From positions 1 through 58,261 of the IMG/VR virus record IMGVR_UViG_3300032240_000532: a DNA stretch of 58,261 bases, one strand, 5' to 3'. Source of the DNA: a virus (lineage: Duplodnaviria > Caudoviricetes). Numbering within the stretch: position 1 is the first letter of the stretch; each line of letters begins with the position of its first letter. This document shows positions 1-8,268 of this stretch, one piece after another. A program made the translations under genes and the position numbers. A model generated the notes under the pieces. The model worked only from the letters and a program-made list of their open reading frames with translations, did no database searches and was not told the DNA's origin.

Positions 1-123
1 ATCGCTGGTTGGACAGACGAGCGTGGTTTGCTGATTGCCGCTAAACCTAAGAAGTTGATTGTTCCTCCTGCATTGCAGTTTGTTGCAACTCGTTTGCTCG
101 AAACTTCTCTGCGTGTTGGTACA
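1..123. repeat. Terminal overlap identical to 58139-58261 (circular assembly overlap)
   Basis: atcgctggttgg...gtgttggtaca is identical at both ends, and joining them restores an in-frame capsid ORF. Confidence 0.95.
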
Positions 124-384
124 AACAACAACGACATCAACGCCTTGAAAAACAATGGTTCGATTCCAGAAGGTTATTCACAGAATCACTTCTTGACCGA
201 CACCAATGCTTGGTTCTTGACTACTGATGTGCCTAACGGCTTGAAGCACTTCGTGCGCACCCCATTGCAGAACAGCATGGACGGCGACTTCGATACTGGT
301 AACGTCCGTTACAAGTCTCGTGAGCGTTATTCATTCGGCTGGTCTGACCCACTGGGTGTTTACGGTTCTTCTGGTTCCTACTAA
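1..384 (+). CDS. Major capsid protein (Mu gpT-like), C-terminal part; continues from 57611
   Basis: In frame with 57611-58138. PKKLIVPPAL...NHFLTDTNAWF...GDFDTGNVRYKSRERYSFGWSDP resembles Mu gpT-like capsid proteins. Confidence 0.88.
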   Translation: MAGWTDERGLLIAAKPKKLIVPPALQFVATRLLETSLRVGTNNNDINALKNNGSIPEGYSQNHFLTDTNAWFLTTDVPNGLKHFVRTPLQNSMDGDFDTGNVRYKSRERYSFGWSDPLGVYGSSGSY

Positions 385-389
385 GCAAG

Positions 390-416
390 AAAGGGGGTTT
401 AAACGCCCCCTTTTTT
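390..416 (+). terminator. Rho-independent terminator after capsid gene
   Basis: aaaggggg-tttaaacg-ccccc-tttttt hairpin plus T-tract; GTTTAAAC (397-404) spans the loop. Confidence 0.85.
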
Positions 417-440
417 GTTGTTTTGTTGTAAGATTAAATC

Positions 441-515
441 ACTGGGGATTCATTTCTATTGACCTGCACCCAGCAGGACGATGCAACGACAATAGAGAGA
501 CTTTTGCATAAGGAG
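441..515 (+). other. Candidate structured (pseudoknotted) leader upstream of ORF 523
   Basis: Pairings tctattg/caataga, cctgc/gcagg, ctggg/cccag and atgcaa/ttgcat, ending next to the aaggag RBS. Confidence 0.4.
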
Positions 516-522
516 TTCCATC

Positions 523-1224
523 ATGGGACGTTCAACATTTGAAGGGCCAGTCCTTTCTGGCGATAACCGTTTCGGTCCTCTGCGCAACGTTGGTTACCAG
601 CGTCTGTCGCAAAACATTATTCTTGACTTTGCCGCCACTGGCGGTAGCGGCACAGCAAACTATGCTGGCGGCTCTGGTCAATTTGTTTCCTCAAATAACA
701 TCCCCAATCAGGCGGCTGTTATTTATACCCCCTCTGCCTCGGTATATCCTCCTACCGTTGTCACACCCACTGCTGATGCGTCTACTGCGATTTATCGTGG
801 CGCTGTGTTCTATTTGCCAATCAATTGCCAAATTGAAACCGTGGTGTTTGATTACATCACTACGATTGCTTGCACAAAAACAACCATCAGTTCAATTGCA
901 CTCTTGGTGTCCAACGGCTTTGTGACCAGTTCTCCTACCTACGCAACTGTGACTCTCAGTAGCACTGATTCGTTTGGTACAACTGGTCGTATTGCTACGA
1001 CTTACAGCGCCTCCAACTTGGGCAACATGTTGTCTACCCCTGCCGACATCACCACTGGCAACAACAACCCACCTCAACTTTCCCAAGTGGTTTGCACTTT
1101 GGCAATTGTTGGTACTGGTTTGTCTGCCTTGACTGCTGGCAAGTTCAACATTGACATCAATTACGTCCAAGACGACAACAACATCGGTAACAGCACAACT
1201 TACCCATACGGTAACTTTGACTGA
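523..1224 (+). CDS. Putative virion structural protein (capsid-associated)
   Basis: 233 aa, T/S/G-rich and beta-like; aaggag RBS; directly after the capsid gene. Confidence 0.6.
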   Translation: MGRSTFEGPVLSGDNRFGPLRNVGYQRLSQNIILDFAATGGSGTANYAGGSGQFVSSNNIPNQAAVIYTPSASVYPPTVVTPTADASTAIYRGAVFYLPINCQIETVVFDYITTIACTKTTISSIALLVSNGFVTSSPTYATVTLSSTDSFGTTGRIATTYSASNLGNMLSTPADITTGNNNPPQLSQVVCTLAIVGTGLSALTAGKFNIDINYVQDDNNIGNSTTYPYGNFD

Positions 1225-1229
1225 TTCTG

Positions 1230-1260
1230 AGCGGGGAGGAAACTCCCTGCTTTAACTTTT
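1230..1260 (+). terminator. Hairpin with GAAA tetraloop, possible weak terminator
   Basis: agcggggag-gaaa-ctccctgct followed by ttaactttt. Confidence 0.5.
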
Positions 1261-1274
1261 AAGGAGAATCAATC

Positions 1275-1559
1275 ATGATGCAAACCGATGTCAAGTCAAC
1301 GCATTTAAATGCGTCAGGTGTAATTTTTGCTGGACGCAGTCGTGTTAGAGGTTATCAAATTGCTCCAAGCGGTACTGCTGGACAAATTGATTTTTACGAT
1401 AACGCAACCACAAACAGCGGCAACATTTTGATGTCCGTGGATACAACAACCAATACTGCAATTATTTCGACAGTAATTCCCGCTGAAGGAATCTTGTTTC
1501 AAAATGGCGTGTATGTTGTTTTACCTGCAAGCACAAAAATTACGGTGTTCTATGGCTAA
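1275..1559 (+). CDS. Hypothetical virion-region protein
   Basis: 94-aa ORF with aaggag RBS, coupled to the next gene. Confidence 0.7.
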   Translation: MMQTDVKSTHLNASGVIFAGRSRVRGYQIAPSGTAGQIDFYDNATTNSGNILMSVDTTTNTAIISTVIPAEGILFQNGVYVVLPASTKITVFYG

Positions 1560-1881
1560 GAGTCCCGCTTGGCAACGTTCCGAAGGAAAAAATCCCAGTG
1601 GCGGTTTAAACGCCAAAGGGAGGGCTTCCTACAACGCCGCCAATCCGGGCAAGCCGGGTTTAAAGCGTCCTCAGCCTGAAGGCGGCAAGCGCCGTGATTC
1701 TTTTTGTGCCCGTATGGAAGGCATGAAGAAGAAACTCACCAGCGAAAAAACCGCTCATGACCCTGACTCTCGAATCAACAAAAGCCTACGTGCTTGGAAC
1801 TGTGCCGAAGGCGGCATGATTTCAGGTTTCAAGGGAGATGGTATTGCCCAAAAGGGAAAGACCAGAGGCAGGATGTGCTAA
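1552..1881 (+). CDS. Small basic protein (GGLN...SFCARM...WNC type, DUF6321-like)
   Basis: MAKSPAWQR...GGLNAKGR...SFCARM...SLRAWNC; ATG at 1552 overlaps the upstream gene end; C-terminal AEGG...DGIAQKGKTRG motif. Confidence 0.7.
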   Translation: MAKSPAWQRSEGKNPSGGLNAKGRASYNAANPGKPGLKRPQPEGGKRRDSFCARMEGMKKKLTSEKTAHDPDSRINKSLRAWNCAEGGMISGFKGDGIAQKGKTRGRMC

Positions 1882-2163
1882 ATGACACCGGAAATGTATT
1901 TGGGCGTTGGACTGGCTTTGTGGCAGTTGTTGACTTCAATCATTATTGGTCTTGCAATGACAGCAATGAAAGATTTCAAGTTGAGCATCAAAAAGATTGA
2001 TGAGGAATTGCTTCGTCAGAACATTCTTTTGAACAAAACAAGAGAGGAAATTGCTCGTGATTACATTACCAAAACAGAAGTTCGTAGCGATATGGCTCAA
2101 ATTATCAACCGCTTTGATAGGCTGGAAGAGAAACTTGACCGCTTTATTGAAACGAGGAAATGA
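1882..2163 (+). CDS. Small membrane protein with coiled coil
   Basis: N-terminal hydrophobic helix followed by a heptad-like charged C-terminus. Confidence 0.65.
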   Translation: MTPEMYLGVGLALWQLLTSIIIGLAMTAMKDFKLSIKKIDEELLRQNILLNKTREEIARDYITKTEVRSDMAQIINRFDRLEEKLDRFIETRK

Positions 2164-2885
2164 TGCCAAGTAGTTCAGCCAAACAACATCGTTTTATGGA
2201 GGCGATTGCCCATAATAAGGCGTTTGCCAAGAAGGTAGGAGTTCCACAATCTGTGGGACAAGATTTTGCAAATGCCGATAAGGGCAAAACTTTTAAAAGA
2301 GGTGGTGAAATGAAAGAATCAAAAGCAATGGTGGCTAAAGAAGTGAACTTCATGAAAAAGAAGGGCGCTCCTGCATCCATGATTAAGCACGAAATGTCTG
2401 AAGAAATGATGAAGCGTGGCGGCAAGGTCAAGAAAATGGCGGCTGGTGGTATGACCAACCCCAAGAAAGACCCCCGTGTTGCCGCAATGATGGGCGCTCG
2501 TCGTGCTCCTGCAATCCCCGGTGGCATGCCTATGGGCGCTCCCGCTCCCACAATGGCTCCTGCCCCAACAATGGGTGGCGTGGGTCCTGCTGGTCCTGCT
2601 CCCACAATGGGCATGAAAAAAGGCGGTAGCGTCAAGCCTTCAAGCATGAGTGGTGATGTGGAGAAAGGCTCCAACAAGAAACTCAAGTTTGGCGAAAGCG
2701 CAGTCCAGAAAAAAGGTCACACCAAAGGCCGTAACCTTGGCGATTCTGGTAAGAGCATTGGCATCGAATCCGGTGGCAAGCCTAAGCGTTTTGCTGAAGG
2801 CGGCTATGTGTCTTCTGCTGACGGCATCGCTGAACGTGGTCGCACTCGCTTCTCTCAGCCCAAGATGAAGGGTCGGGTAATCTAA
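2160..2885 (+). CDS. Basic K/M/G/P-rich protein with repeated xxGG motifs (putative internal head protein)
   Basis: FKRGG, MKRGG, MAAGG, MKKGG and FAEGG motifs; overlaps the upstream stop. Confidence 0.65.
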   Translation: MMPSSSAKQHRFMEAIAHNKAFAKKVGVPQSVGQDFANADKGKTFKRGGEMKESKAMVAKEVNFMKKKGAPASMIKHEMSEEMMKRGGKVKKMAAGGMTNPKKDPRVAAMMGARRAPAIPGGMPMGAPAPTMAPAPTMGGVGPAGPAPTMGMKKGGSVKPSSMSGDVEKGSNKKLKFGESAVQKKGHTKGRNLGDSGKSIGIESGGKPKRFAEGGYVSSADGIAERGRTRFSQPKMKGRVI

Positions 2886-3217
2886 TGGCTAAGAAACGCT
2901 ACGCAAGTGGCGGTATCACCATCTCAATGGGCGGCGGTCAGTCGTCCGATGGGGTGTTTGGTGAGAAAGCCAATTCAGGTAACCAGTACCCATTCCCCAA
3001 CGGAAATGCTGGCGATAGCCCAACGGCTACCACCGACAGTTCTCAAGGGACAAATCAAACATTCAACATCCAGCCGCCAGCCTCTTCATCTTCCGGCAAC
3101 CAAGACGATTCGTCTCCTGCCAAGATGTTTAAACGTGGTGGAACAGTCAAGTCATCAGCATCCAAGCGTGGTGACGGCATCGCCCAACGTGGCAAAACTC
3201 GTGGTAAATACCTTTAA
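2885..3217 (+). CDS. Small protein with YASGG/FKRGG and DGIAQRGKTRG motifs
   Basis: 110-aa coupled ORF sharing its C-terminal motif with 1552-1881. Confidence 0.65.
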   Translation: MAKKRYASGGITISMGGGQSSDGVFGEKANSGNQYPFPNGNAGDSPTATTDSSQGTNQTFNIQPPASSSSGNQDDSSPAKMFKRGGTVKSSASKRGDGIAQRGKTRGKYL

Positions 3218-3228
3218 GGAGAACTGAC

Positions 3229-3423
3229 ATGCGCAAGATGACAACCGAGCAAATGGAACCCGCAAAGAACATGCAACGCTTTGATGACTTCATCGCCGTT
3301 CATGAAGATGGCGGTCACAAGCATCACAAAAACGAATTCCAAAAACATGCGGCTGGTCATGAGTTTGAGCAAGACAAAGTTGCCAAACTCTGCGGCGGCG
3401 GTATGGCACGAGGCAAAAAGTGA
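3229..3423 (+). CDS. Small hypothetical protein
   Basis: aaggag RBS; 64 aa. Confidence 0.6.
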   Translation: MRKMTTEQMEPAKNMQRFDDFIAVHEDGGHKHHKNEFQKHAAGHEFEQDKVAKLCGGGMARGKK

Positions 3424-3674
3424 GACCGAGCCGTGGCATGGGGGATATAAACCCCAGCAAAATGCCCGGAAAGAAAGTCATTCATCGTTCGGACAATCCG
3501 GACGATGTTGACATGTACAAGAAGGGCGGAGCGGTGTGGGATAAACCACGCCCCGAGTCTTTGGGTGCACCAAAGAAACTGTCTTCCAAAGCAAAGTCCA
3601 AAGCCAAGGCGATGGCAAAAGCGGCAGGAAGACCTTATCCCAATTTGGTTGACAACATGAGGGCAAGCAAATGA
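3420..3674 (+). CDS. Small basic protein
   Basis: 84 aa, K-rich, YKKGG motif, ...AGRPYPNLVDNM; GTGA coupling. Confidence 0.65.
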   Translation: MRPSRGMGDINPSKMPGKKVIHRSDNPDDVDMYKKGGAVWDKPRPESLGAPKKLSSKAKSKAKAMAKAAGRPYPNLVDNMRASK

Positions 3675-3847
3675 CAAGTAAGAACTGGATTGCTGGCGCA
3701 GTCAAAAAGCCCGGAGCCTTAAAGAAGGAACTGGGCGTTAAGTCTGGCGAAAAAATCCCAAAGAAAAAATTGGATGCGGCGGCAAAGAAACCGGGCAAAC
3801 TTGGTCAACGTGCACGTCTTGCTGAGACACTAAGAGGCTTCAAATAA
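3671..3847 (+). CDS. Small basic protein (58 aa, not in ORF track)
   Basis: MTSKNWIAGAVKKPGALKKELGVKSGEKIPKKKLDAAAKKPGKLGQRARLAETLRGFK; ATGA overlap upstream and TAATG overlap downstream. Confidence 0.75.
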   Translation: MTSKNWIAGAVKKPGALKKELGVKSGEKIPKKKLDAAAKKPGKLGQRARLAETLRGFK

Positions 3848-4761
3848 TGGCTTACACGAGCGGAAACACAGCATTTAACCTCGACTTCAACGAAATCGCT
3901 GAGGAAGCGTATGAGCGTTGCGGCGTGGAAATGCGCTCTGGCTACCAGTTGCGTACCGCTCGTCGTTCTATGAACTTGCTGACCATCGAGTGGGCAAGCC
4001 GAGGCATCAATCTATGGACCGTAGAACAGGGCGAGATACCGCTTGCAACGGGTCAGGTAGCCTACCCTCTTCCCGTGGACACAATCGACCTCCTAGACCA
4101 CGTTGTGCGCCAATATCAAGGTACTCAGAACCAACAGGACATCTCGATTACCCGTATCTCTGAGACGACCTACCTTCAGATTCCAAACAAACTGGCTCAG
4201 GGTCGCCCAATTCAGTTGTGGATTAACCGTCAGTCTGGTCAAGAGAACCTGACCTCAGCCGTTTTATCAGCCAATATCTCGGCTACTGACACCACAATTC
4301 AGTTGAACTCGACAGCCAGTCTGCCAGCCTCTGGCTTCATTCGGATTGGCTCTGAGACCATTTTCTACACCAGCGTGGCAAACAATCAATTGCAGTTGTG
4401 CGCACGTGGTCAGGCTGGCACAACAGCCGCCGCTCACACCACAACTGAAGCCATTTACAACCAAAATTTGCCATCTGTCAGTGTCTGGCCTACCGCCAGC
4501 GCAGGTGGTGACTTCACCCTTGTTTACTACCGTCTACGCCGCATTCAAGATGCTGGCTCGGGTACAACGGTTCAAGACATTCCTTTCCGCTTGCTTCCCG
4601 CTGTGGTGGCTGGCTTGTCATATCACTTGGCAATCAAAAACCCCAAGAATGCAGACGTAGACCGTTTAAAAGCCGCTTATGACGAAGCATGGCTGATTGC
4701 CTCCACGGAAGACCGTGAGAAGGCATCTCTGCGCCTCGCCCCACGACAACTCTTCTGGTAA
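3847..4761 (+). CDS. Putative head-tail adaptor / tail tubular protein A-like
   Basis: 304 aa; EIAEEAYERCG...ARRSMNLLTIEWA...GINLWT; size and position fit podovirus adaptor genes. Confidence 0.6.
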   Translation: MAYTSGNTAFNLDFNEIAEEAYERCGVEMRSGYQLRTARRSMNLLTIEWASRGINLWTVEQGEIPLATGQVAYPLPVDTIDLLDHVVRQYQGTQNQQDISITRISETTYLQIPNKLAQGRPIQLWINRQSGQENLTSAVLSANISATDTTIQLNSTASLPASGFIRIGSETIFYTSVANNQLQLCARGQAGTTAAAHTTTEAIYNQNLPSVSVWPTASAGGDFTLVYYRLRRIQDAGSGTTVQDIPFRLLPAVVAGLSYHLAIKNPKNADVDRLKAAYDEAWLIASTEDREKASLRLAPRQLFW

Positions 4762-4764
4762 AGC

Positions 4765-5193
4765 ATGGCAACGCAATACGCTTCTGGCAAATACAGTATT
4801 GCTGAGTGCGATAGATGCGGTCAGCGGTACAAACTCAAGGAACTCAAAAAAGAGATTATCAAGACACGCCTGTTTAATTTGAAGGTGTGCCCTGAGTGCT
4901 GGGACCCAGACCAACCGCAGTTGTCTCTTGGTCTGTACCCTGTTCAAGACCCCCAAGCCGTCCGTGAACCACGTCCCGACGTGAGTTACTGGGCATCAGG
5001 TTTAAACGGCCTACAAACTGCCAATGGCAATGGGTATGGAGAAAGCCAAACTGGTTACCAAGACGAGGGTAGTCGAATTTTCCAGTGGGGATGGAATCCG
5101 GTTGGAGGTTCAAGCAGTATTGATGCGGGGCTTACCCCTAACAATCTTGCATTGAAATTTGCAATTGGAAGTGTGACAATATCAACCAGTTAA
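4765..5193 (+). CDS. Zn-ribbon protein
   Basis: CDRC and CPEC pairs, then DPQAVREPRPD. Confidence 0.65.
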   Translation: MATQYASGKYSIAECDRCGQRYKLKELKKEIIKTRLFNLKVCPECWDPDQPQLSLGLYPVQDPQAVREPRPDVSYWASGLNGLQTANGNGYGESQTGYQDEGSRIFQWGWNPVGGSSSIDAGLTPNNLALKFAIGSVTISTS

Positions 5194-5204
5194 GGAGTTT
5201 AAAC

Positions 5205-5369
5205 ATGGACCGCAAAACAGTTACCAAAATCGCTGACAAAGAAGCGAAAAAAGAAGTCAAGAAACATGAGAAGTCTATGCACGGCATGAAGAAGGGTGGG
5301 CCGACTTCTGTTGACATGATGAAAATGGGTCGCAACATGGCTCGTGCAACCAATCAAGGGAGCAAGTGA
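5205..5369 (+). CDS. Small basic protein (54 aa, not in ORF track)
   Basis: aaggag-tttaaac-ATG; MDRKTVTKIADKEAKKEVKKHEKSMHGMKKGG...; TGATG coupling to the next gene. Confidence 0.7.
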   Translation: MDRKTVTKIADKEAKKEVKKHEKSMHGMKKGGPTSVDMMKMGRNMARATNQGSK

Positions 5370-5638
5370 TGGCTAAGTTCAGCAAAAAAATGATGGGCAA
5401 AGAAGTTGGTGATGCCAGCGTCTATGCCGAACCACACACATCAAGCGGCAAAGGTTTGACCATCAACGAACTTGACCAGTCTCGTGGTGGCAAGCGTTAC
5501 TCTGCTTTGGATGACATGCGTGTGAGCGTGGGTGCAATCAACCGTGATGGCGGTCCTGAGATTAAAACTTCAGGCATTGAGACCCGTGGTAATGGTGCGG
5601 CAACCAAAGGTCGCATCGCTCGTGGCCCTATGTGCTGA
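5369..5638 (+). CDS. Small protein with RGNGAATKG C-terminal motif
   Basis: Coupled ORF; C-terminus resembles the DG.A.KG motif of neighbouring genes. Confidence 0.65.
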   Translation: MAKFSKKMMGKEVGDASVYAEPHTSSGKGLTINELDQSRGGKRYSALDDMRVSVGAINRDGGPEIKTSGIETRGNGAATKGRIARGPMC

Positions 5639-5648
5639 GGTTTAAACG

Positions 5649-6311
5649 ATGACCTACAATGAACTGGTAACCGCTGTCCAAGACTACTCGGAAAATAATT
5701 TTCCGACCTTGGACATGGACAGGTTCATCGAACAGGCTGAACAGCGCATTTACAACTCTGTTCAGTTGCCTTCGTTGCGCAAAAATGTGACGGGTGTGAC
5801 TTCGCCAGCCAACAAGTACGTGGCTTTGCCTCAAGACTATTTGTCAATTTTCTCCATCGCCATGATTGAGAACTACGGCACAGCGACTGAGACTTACACC
5901 TACCTGCTCAACAAAGATGCCAACTTTGTCCGTGAGGCTTACCCTTCTCCAACAGATACGGGTTTACCCCAGTACTATGGCTTGTTTGGTCAACAGTCCA
6001 GCAATCCTTTGGTGATGACGCTTATTCTTGGACCAACACCAGATGCTGTGTATCACATGGAGATGCACTACTACTACTACCCAGAGTCCATTGTGACTGC
6101 GGGTCAAACGTGGTTGGGTGAGAATTTTGATACTGCCCTGCTTTGCGGCACTTTGATGGAAGCCATCACCTACATGAAGGGCGAGGCAGACATGGTTGCG
6201 CTGTATCAAAAACGGTACGACGACTCTATGGCGCTTCTCAAACAGTTGGGCGATGCCAAAGAACAAGGCGACTTCTACCGAGATGGCGCACCAAAATACA
6301 AGGTCGTATGA
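5649..6311 (+). CDS. Putative adaptor / tail tubular protein A-like
   Basis: MTYNELVTAVQDY...FIEQAEQRIY...LGPTPD...ALLCGTLMEA; typical of phage adaptor proteins. Confidence 0.6.
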   Translation: MTYNELVTAVQDYSENNFPTLDMDRFIEQAEQRIYNSVQLPSLRKNVTGVTSPANKYVALPQDYLSIFSIAMIENYGTATETYTYLLNKDANFVREAYPSPTDTGLPQYYGLFGQQSSNPLVMTLILGPTPDAVYHMEMHYYYYPESIVTAGQTWLGENFDTALLCGTLMEAITYMKGEADMVALYQKRYDDSMALLKQLGDAKEQGDFYRDGAPKYKVV

Positions 6312-6724
6312 TTGTTCAAACAGTAACCACCTCGTTCAAGCAAGACATCCTCAAAGGGGTTCAAGACCTCTCGACGGATGTTTTGCGCATGGCGCTGTAT
6401 ACCGCTCTTGCCGATTTGGATGCCAACACATTGGCGTATACCAGCGTGGGCGAGGTTTCAGGAACAAATTACACGGCTGGCGGCAAGATTTGCCAAAACG
6501 TTGTCATCAAATCTGACACTCAAAATGGTATTGTTTATGTGACCTTCGACAACGTAATTTGGACAAATGTTTCCTTTACTTGTCGTGGTGCGCTAATTTA
6601 CAATGTAACGCAGGGAAATAAGTCAGTTGCCATCCTAAACTTCGGTTCAGATAAAACGGCAGGACCAAATTTCACAGTCACTTTGCCAGCGGATACGCCG
6701 TCAAGTGCTTTAATCAGAGTTTAA
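6308..6724 (+). CDS. Tail-associated protein, paralog 1
   Basis: ATGA-coupled start; TSFK...MALYT...GEVSGTNYTAGG...LIYN...FGSDK...ALIRV. Confidence 0.65.
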   Translation: MIVQTVTTSFKQDILKGVQDLSTDVLRMALYTALADLDANTLAYTSVGEVSGTNYTAGGKICQNVVIKSDTQNGIVYVTFDNVIWTNVSFTCRGALIYNVTQGNKSVAILNFGSDKTAGPNFTVTLPADTPSSALIRV

Positions 6725-6737
6725 ACAAGGAGCCAAC

Positions 6738-6932
6738 ATGCTGGTCAATACAACCAAAGGCGAGATGGACGATTCCCTGCTAGAAAAGCGGGAAGGCAGT
6801 GTCGATAACGACAATGAATCCACCACTTGGGTTGAGTACTGGCTGGATGGCGAACTTGTCCATCGTTCGGCTCACGTGACGCTGAAGAACATCCCTTCTT
6901 TCATGGTGGCTGACACCGCAACTTTAGGATAA
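6738..6932 (+). CDS. Small hypothetical protein
   Basis: aaggag RBS; 64 aa ...WVEYWLDGELVHRSAHV. Confidence 0.7.
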   Translation: MLVNTTKGEMDDSLLEKREGSVDNDNESTTWVEYWLDGELVHRSAHVTLKNIPSFMVADTATLG

Positions 6933-6935
6933 GTC

Positions 6936-7415
6936 ATGGCAAATACCCAATCCATGTGCACTTCGTTCCTCGGTGAACTTTTTAGTGCCACACACAATTT
7001 CAGTTCGGCAAACCCTGCACAAACCGCAAGTACTGCCAACACGTTTAAAGGCGCTTTGTATTTGACATCGGCTACTTTGAACGCATCAACAACCGTTTAC
7101 AGTTCTACTGGCGAAGTGACGGGCACAAACTATACCGCTGGTGGCGTGACCATCACCAATGCAACCAACCCTGCATCGACAAACAGTTCGACCACGGCTG
7201 GCGTTGGTTATTGGACTCCATCAGCAAGCGTGACGTATACCAACGTGACTTTGTCCACAGCGTTTGACACGATGCTGATGTACAACTCAAGCCAGTCCAA
7301 CAAGGCTGTGGCTGTGTTTACATTTGGCTCTCAGACAATTACTGCGGGTAACTTCACATTGACGATGCCTTCGAACACCACGACAACTGCACTGTTGCGC
7401 CTGTCAACTACCTGA
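6936..7415 (+). CDS. Tail-associated protein, paralog 2
   Basis: TSF...GALY...GEVTGTNYTAGG...MYN...FGSQ...ALLRL, similar to 6308-6724. Confidence 0.65.
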   Translation: MANTQSMCTSFLGELFSATHNFSSANPAQTASTANTFKGALYLTSATLNASTTVYSSTGEVTGTNYTAGGVTITNATNPASTNSSTTAGVGYWTPSASVTYTNVTLSTAFDTMLMYNSSQSNKAVAVFTFGSQTITAGNFTLTMPSNTTTTALLRLSTT

Positions 7416-7427
7416 TGAGGTGAGTTA

Positions 7428-8261
7428 ATGGCGCTCGGCTGGGGCAATAATGCGTGGGGCGACAATGGCTGGGGCGGGACACTTGCAGAGACTGGAGTCT
7501 CTGCAACAGGTGATGTAGGAACTTCAACTCCAAACATTACCATCGCCCTCAGCGGTGTTGGTGCGTCTGGTGCTGTTGGAACGGTTGTAGCGGCAGAGAA
7601 TCCTTCTGAAACAGGAACCTTTGCCAGTGGTTTTGTAGGAACGGTTGGAGTAACGCATTCAGAGGCTTTGACGGGTGTCAATGCCTCTGGAACATTAGGA
7701 ACAGTAAGTCCAAGCAAGTCAGTTGCGCTAAGTGGCGTAGCGGCTTCTGGATTGGCAGGAACAGCAACGCCAAACATATCGGTTGCATTGAGCGGAGTCT
7801 CTGCAAGCGGTTTTGTTGGAAGTGTTGTACAAAGTAAGAGCGTTGCGCTTTCGGGCGTGACGGCGGCAGGATTAACTGGTACGGTAGTCGCAGGAAGTGC
7901 ACAAGCCATATCAGGAGTCCTTGCAACAGGTGCGGTTGGAACTGAGGCAGAAAACATTGTTGTTGCCTTGACCGGAGTTGGTGCAAGAGGCTCGGCTGGA
8001 ACAATTGCCCCCGGCAAATCGACTGCTTTGACAGGTGTCAGAGCGTCAGGTGGAACGGCGGCATTGGTTGTCAATAAAACAGCGGTGTTGACAGGTGTCA
8101 ATGCAAGAGGTTTGACGGGCGACTTGGGTTACTATTATTGGAGTGTCATTGATGACAACCAAACACCAAATTGGACCGCAATCAATGACGATGAGTCTGC
8201 TGGATGGACAGAGGTAGATGACACGCAGGTTGCGAATTGGAACGAAATAACAACGGTGTAG
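7428..8261 (+). CDS. G/A/V/T-rich repeat fibre-like virion protein
   Basis: About ten imperfect ~21-aa repeats (A-L-S/T-G-V-x-A-x-G-x-x-G); WG repeats at the N-terminus and D-D-x-Q/E-x-x-x-W repeats at the C-terminus. Confidence 0.6.
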   Translation: MALGWGNNAWGDNGWGGTLAETGVSATGDVGTSTPNITIALSGVGASGAVGTVVAAENPSETGTFASGFVGTVGVTHSEALTGVNASGTLGTVSPSKSVALSGVAASGLAGTATPNISVALSGVSASGFVGSVVQSKSVALSGVTAAGLTGTVVAGSAQAISGVLATGAVGTEAENIVVALTGVGARGSAGTIAPGKSTALTGVRASGGTAALVVNKTAVLTGVNARGLTGDLGYYYWSVIDDNQTPNWTAINDDESAGWTEVDDTQVANWNEITTV

Positions 8262-8268
8262 GAACGCT

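Noticed and set aside
7331-8101. Long antisense ORFs (e.g. 7331-8101, 18996-19634, 28885-29598) and the alternate-frame ORF 43637-44533
   Set aside because: They are shadows of well-supported genes with biased codon use, and have no RBS or recognisable motifs.
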